From NCBI GenBank assembly GCA_033763315.1, contig JANRKS010000016.1:1-64000 (forward strand): a stretch of DNA of 64,000 bases, written 5' to 3'. This stretch comes from Deltaproteobacteria bacterium (GTDB lineage Bacteria > Myxococcota_A > Polyangia > Fen-1088). The notes below the pieces were generated by a model. It saw nothing but the letters and a program-made list of their open reading frames with translations, did no database searches and was not told the DNA's origin. A program made the position numbers and the translations under genes. Shown here piece after piece: positions 61,651 to 64,000 of this stretch (position 1 is the first letter of the stretch; every line of letters begins with the position of its first letter).

Positions 61651-64000
61651 TTATGTGCCCGTGGGCTGCTCGGCCTCTTCGGCTTCGCCGCCCCCAGCTC
61701 CACCGTCTACAGCGTAACCGCAGCCGGGCACAGGGCAGCGCAGGCGCGAGCCGCTGCGCGAGATCTTCTCAACCAAGAACTTGCCCCCGCACTGCGGGCA
61801 CGGCGTGGGCACAGGCTTATCCCACGACACGTAATCACAATTTGTCTTCGCGTAGTTCGAGCATCCGTAGAACACCTTGCCCTTGCGCGAACGCTTTTCC
61901 GTCACGAAGCCACCGCAGCCCTCTTTGGGGCAGGCGACGCCAAGCGAGATTGGCTTCGTGGTTTTGCACTCGGGGTAACGCGCGCACGCCAAGAATTCGC
62001 CAAACCGGCCGCGGCGAATCACCATGGCGCCACCACACGTCGGGCACACTTCGTCCGAAGGCCGTTCGGTAGCAACAATCTGGATCGTGCCATCTTCAGC
62101 GCGGGTGTATTCCTTGGTGTTCTTGCATTCGGGGTAACCCGAGCACGCCAAGAAGTGGCCGTTGCGCCCCCACTTGATCACCATCGTGGAGCCACATTTT
62201 TCGCAGTTGATGTCGGTGGGGATCTCTTCGCGCTTCACATCGCGCATCTCCACCTTGGCCGTGGCCACGTCTAACTTGAAGGGTTCGTAGAACTCGCCCA
62301 ACAGCTTGGCCCAATCGACTTCGCCCTCTTCCACCTTGTCGAGTTGCTCTTCCATCAGCGCCGTAAAGTCGGTGCTGACGATCTTGGGGAAGCTGGCCAC
62401 GAGCAGGCCATTGACCATCACGCCGAGCTCAGTGGGGCACAAGCGTCCGCCCTCTTTGCGTTCGACGTAACCGCGATCCTGCACTGTCGACAAAATCGTT
62501 GCGTACGTCGACGGCCGGCCGATGCCTTTTTCTTCCAGCTCTTTGACCAACGTGGCTTCCGAGAAGCGCGGTGGCGGCTGCGTGAAATGTTGCTCTGGCT
62601 TGGTGGACAACAGCTTGAGTGTTTCGCCCTGTTGGATATCTGGCAGGCGACCTTCGGCGTCTTCGTCAGCCACGTCTTCCACGATCTCGCGGTAAACCTC
62701 AAGGAAGCCGGGGCTGCGCATCACCTGACCGCTGGCGCGCAGATCCACAGTGCCCGCCTTGATCTCGATCGACGTTTGGTCGAACACCGCCGGCACCATC
62801 TGGCAGGCGACGTAGCGGTTCCAGATCAGCGAATAAAGCTTCAGCAGATCGTCCGTCTCACGCGGATCGCGGCCACCGCCGCCGCTTTGCTCAATCAAGC
62901 GACGAACCGTTTCGGGATCATACTTTGTGGATGTGGGGCGAATCGCTTCGTGTGCGTCCTGCGCGCTCTTCTTTGTTTTGTAGACGTTGGGCGTCTCGGG
63001 CAGCGCCACGGCGCCATACTTTTGCGTGATGTACTCGCGCACCTCTTTGAGGGCGTCGTCAGACACACGCGTTGAGTCCGTACGCATGTACGTGATCAAA
63101 CCCACGGGCCCCTCTTCGCCGAGCTCCATACCTTCGTAGAGCCGTTGCGCCAAACCCATCGTTTTTTTCGGCGAAAACCGCAGTTTGCTGGACGCTTCTT
63201 GCTGCAGTTTCGAGGTGATAAACGGCGCGGGCGCGTTCTTGCGGCGCTCTTTGCGCTCGATGCCCGCCACCAAAAGCGGGTTCGACTGCACGATGCCTTG
63301 CACTTCGCGCGCTTGGCCTTCGTCTTTAAGTTCAAGCTTTTTGCCGTTAAAGCGCACGGCCCGGGCTGTAAACGGCGGCGGCGTGGCGCCTTCCACATCA
63401 ACGTCGAACGTCCAATATTCTTCGGGCGTAAACGCCTTGATTTCGTTTTCGCGCTCGACCACAAGCCGCACGGCGACCGATTGAACGCGGCCCGCGGACA
63501 GGCCGCGCTTGACCTTGGTCCACAACACCGGGCTGATCTCGTAGCCCACCAAGCGATCCAAAATGCGGCGCGCTTGCTGTGAATCGAATTTGTTCTTGTT
63601 CAATTCGATCGGGTGCGAGATGGCCTCGTTGACGGCCTTCTTCGTAATTTCGTTGAACAAAACGCGCTGGATGTTTGGGTTGGCGTCGCGAATTTCCTCC
63701 GCGATGTGCCACGCGATGGCTTCCCCTTCGCGATCAGGGTCGGGCGCCAGGAAGACGCGTTCAGCGCGCTTGGCAGCCGCTTTGATCTCGGCCAGCACCT
63801 TCTTTTTGCCGTCGATCACCACGTATTCGGGATTAAATCCCTTGAGGATGTCGACGCCGATGCTTTGTTTGGGCAGATCTTTGACGTGGCCCACCGACGC
63901 TTTGACCACGAAGCCGGGGCCCAAGTACTTGGTGATCGTCTTGGCTTTCGCGGGTGATTCCACAACCACCAACGCACCCGAGGGCTTACGTGAGCGCTTG
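61651..64000 (-). CDS. topA: DNA topoisomerase I (5' end outside the window)
   Basis: VVVESPAKAKTI, DPDREGE, AGRVQS, ITYMRTD, GIGRPSTY, four C-terminal zinc ribbons. The frame stays open to the window edge (KRSRKPSGALVVV). Confidence 0.97.
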   Translation of the reverse strand, partial: KRSRKPSGALVVVESPAKAKTITKYLGPGFVVKASVGHVKDLPKQSIGVDILKGFNPEYVVIDGKKKVLAEIKAAAKRAERVFLAPDPDREGEAIAWHIAEEIRDANPNIQRVLFNEITKKAVNEAISHPIELNKNKFDSQQARRILDRLVGYEISPVLWTKVKRGLSAGRVQSVAVRLVVERENEIKAFTPEEYWTFDVDVEGATPPPFTARAVRFNGKKLELKDEGQAREVQGIVQSNPLLVAGIERKERRKNAPAPFITSKLQQEASSKLRFSPKKTMGLAQRLYEGMELGEEGPVGLITYMRTDSTRVSDDALKEVREYITQKYGAVALPETPNVYKTKKSAQDAHEAIRPTSTKYDPETVRRLIEQSGGGGRDPRETDDLLKLYSLIWNRYVACQMVPAVFDQTSIEIKAGTVDLRASGQVMRSPGFLEVYREIVEDVADEDAEGRLPDIQQGETLKLLSTKPEQHFTQPPPRFSEATLVKELEEKGIGRPSTYATILSTVQDRGYVERKEGGRLCPTELGVMVNGLLVASFPKIVSTDFTALMEEQLDKVEEGEVDWAKLLGEFYEPFKLDVATAKVEMRDVKREEIPTDINCEKCGSTMVIKWGRNGHFLACSGYPECKNTKEYTRAEDGTIQIVATERPSDEVCPTCGGAMVIRRGRFGEFLACARYPECKTTKPISLGVACPKEGCGGFVTEKRSRKGKVFYGCSNYAKTNCDYVSWDKPVPTPCPQCGGKFLVEKISRSGSRLRCPVPGCGYAVDGGAGGGEAEEAEQPTGT

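Overview
GC-rich, mostly housekeeping chromosomal window, most likely from a myxobacterium (Myxococcota; inferred from the 16S 5' signature GAGCGAACGTTAGCGGC and from gene families such as TSP3-OmpA, DUF1592/DUF1552 and Gly/Ser-linker lipoproteins). It begins with a minus-strand 16S rRNA gene driven by four tandem sigma70-type promoters. It then carries hemB-hemD, LigD, PhoH2, an HNH nuclease, a GAF histidine kinase, mobA, an mpl-GNAT fusion, bamD-TPR-truD, exbB-exbD-tonB with a TraB-like OM protein, PP2C, prkA-yeaH-spoVR, mltG-ruvX, tRNA-Arg(UCU)-crt-ldcA, aroB, a DUF1592/DUF1552 pair, a two-component system, thiolase-hbd, trpS and an interrupted topA-trmFO-xerC-hslV-hslU cluster. I saw no CRISPR array, prophage or IS element. 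The strongest unexplained signal is a ~170-nt, multi-stem RNA with two possible pseudoknots, lying between an extended -10 promoter and the RBS of the HNH endonuclease gene (11735-11905, minus). Other notable points: a tRNA whose 3' end abuts a start codon, the Mpl-GNAT fusion, tandem lipoproteins that split hslV from hslU, and a Trp-repeat disordered lipoprotein. All calls come from motif recognition by eye; no searches were run.
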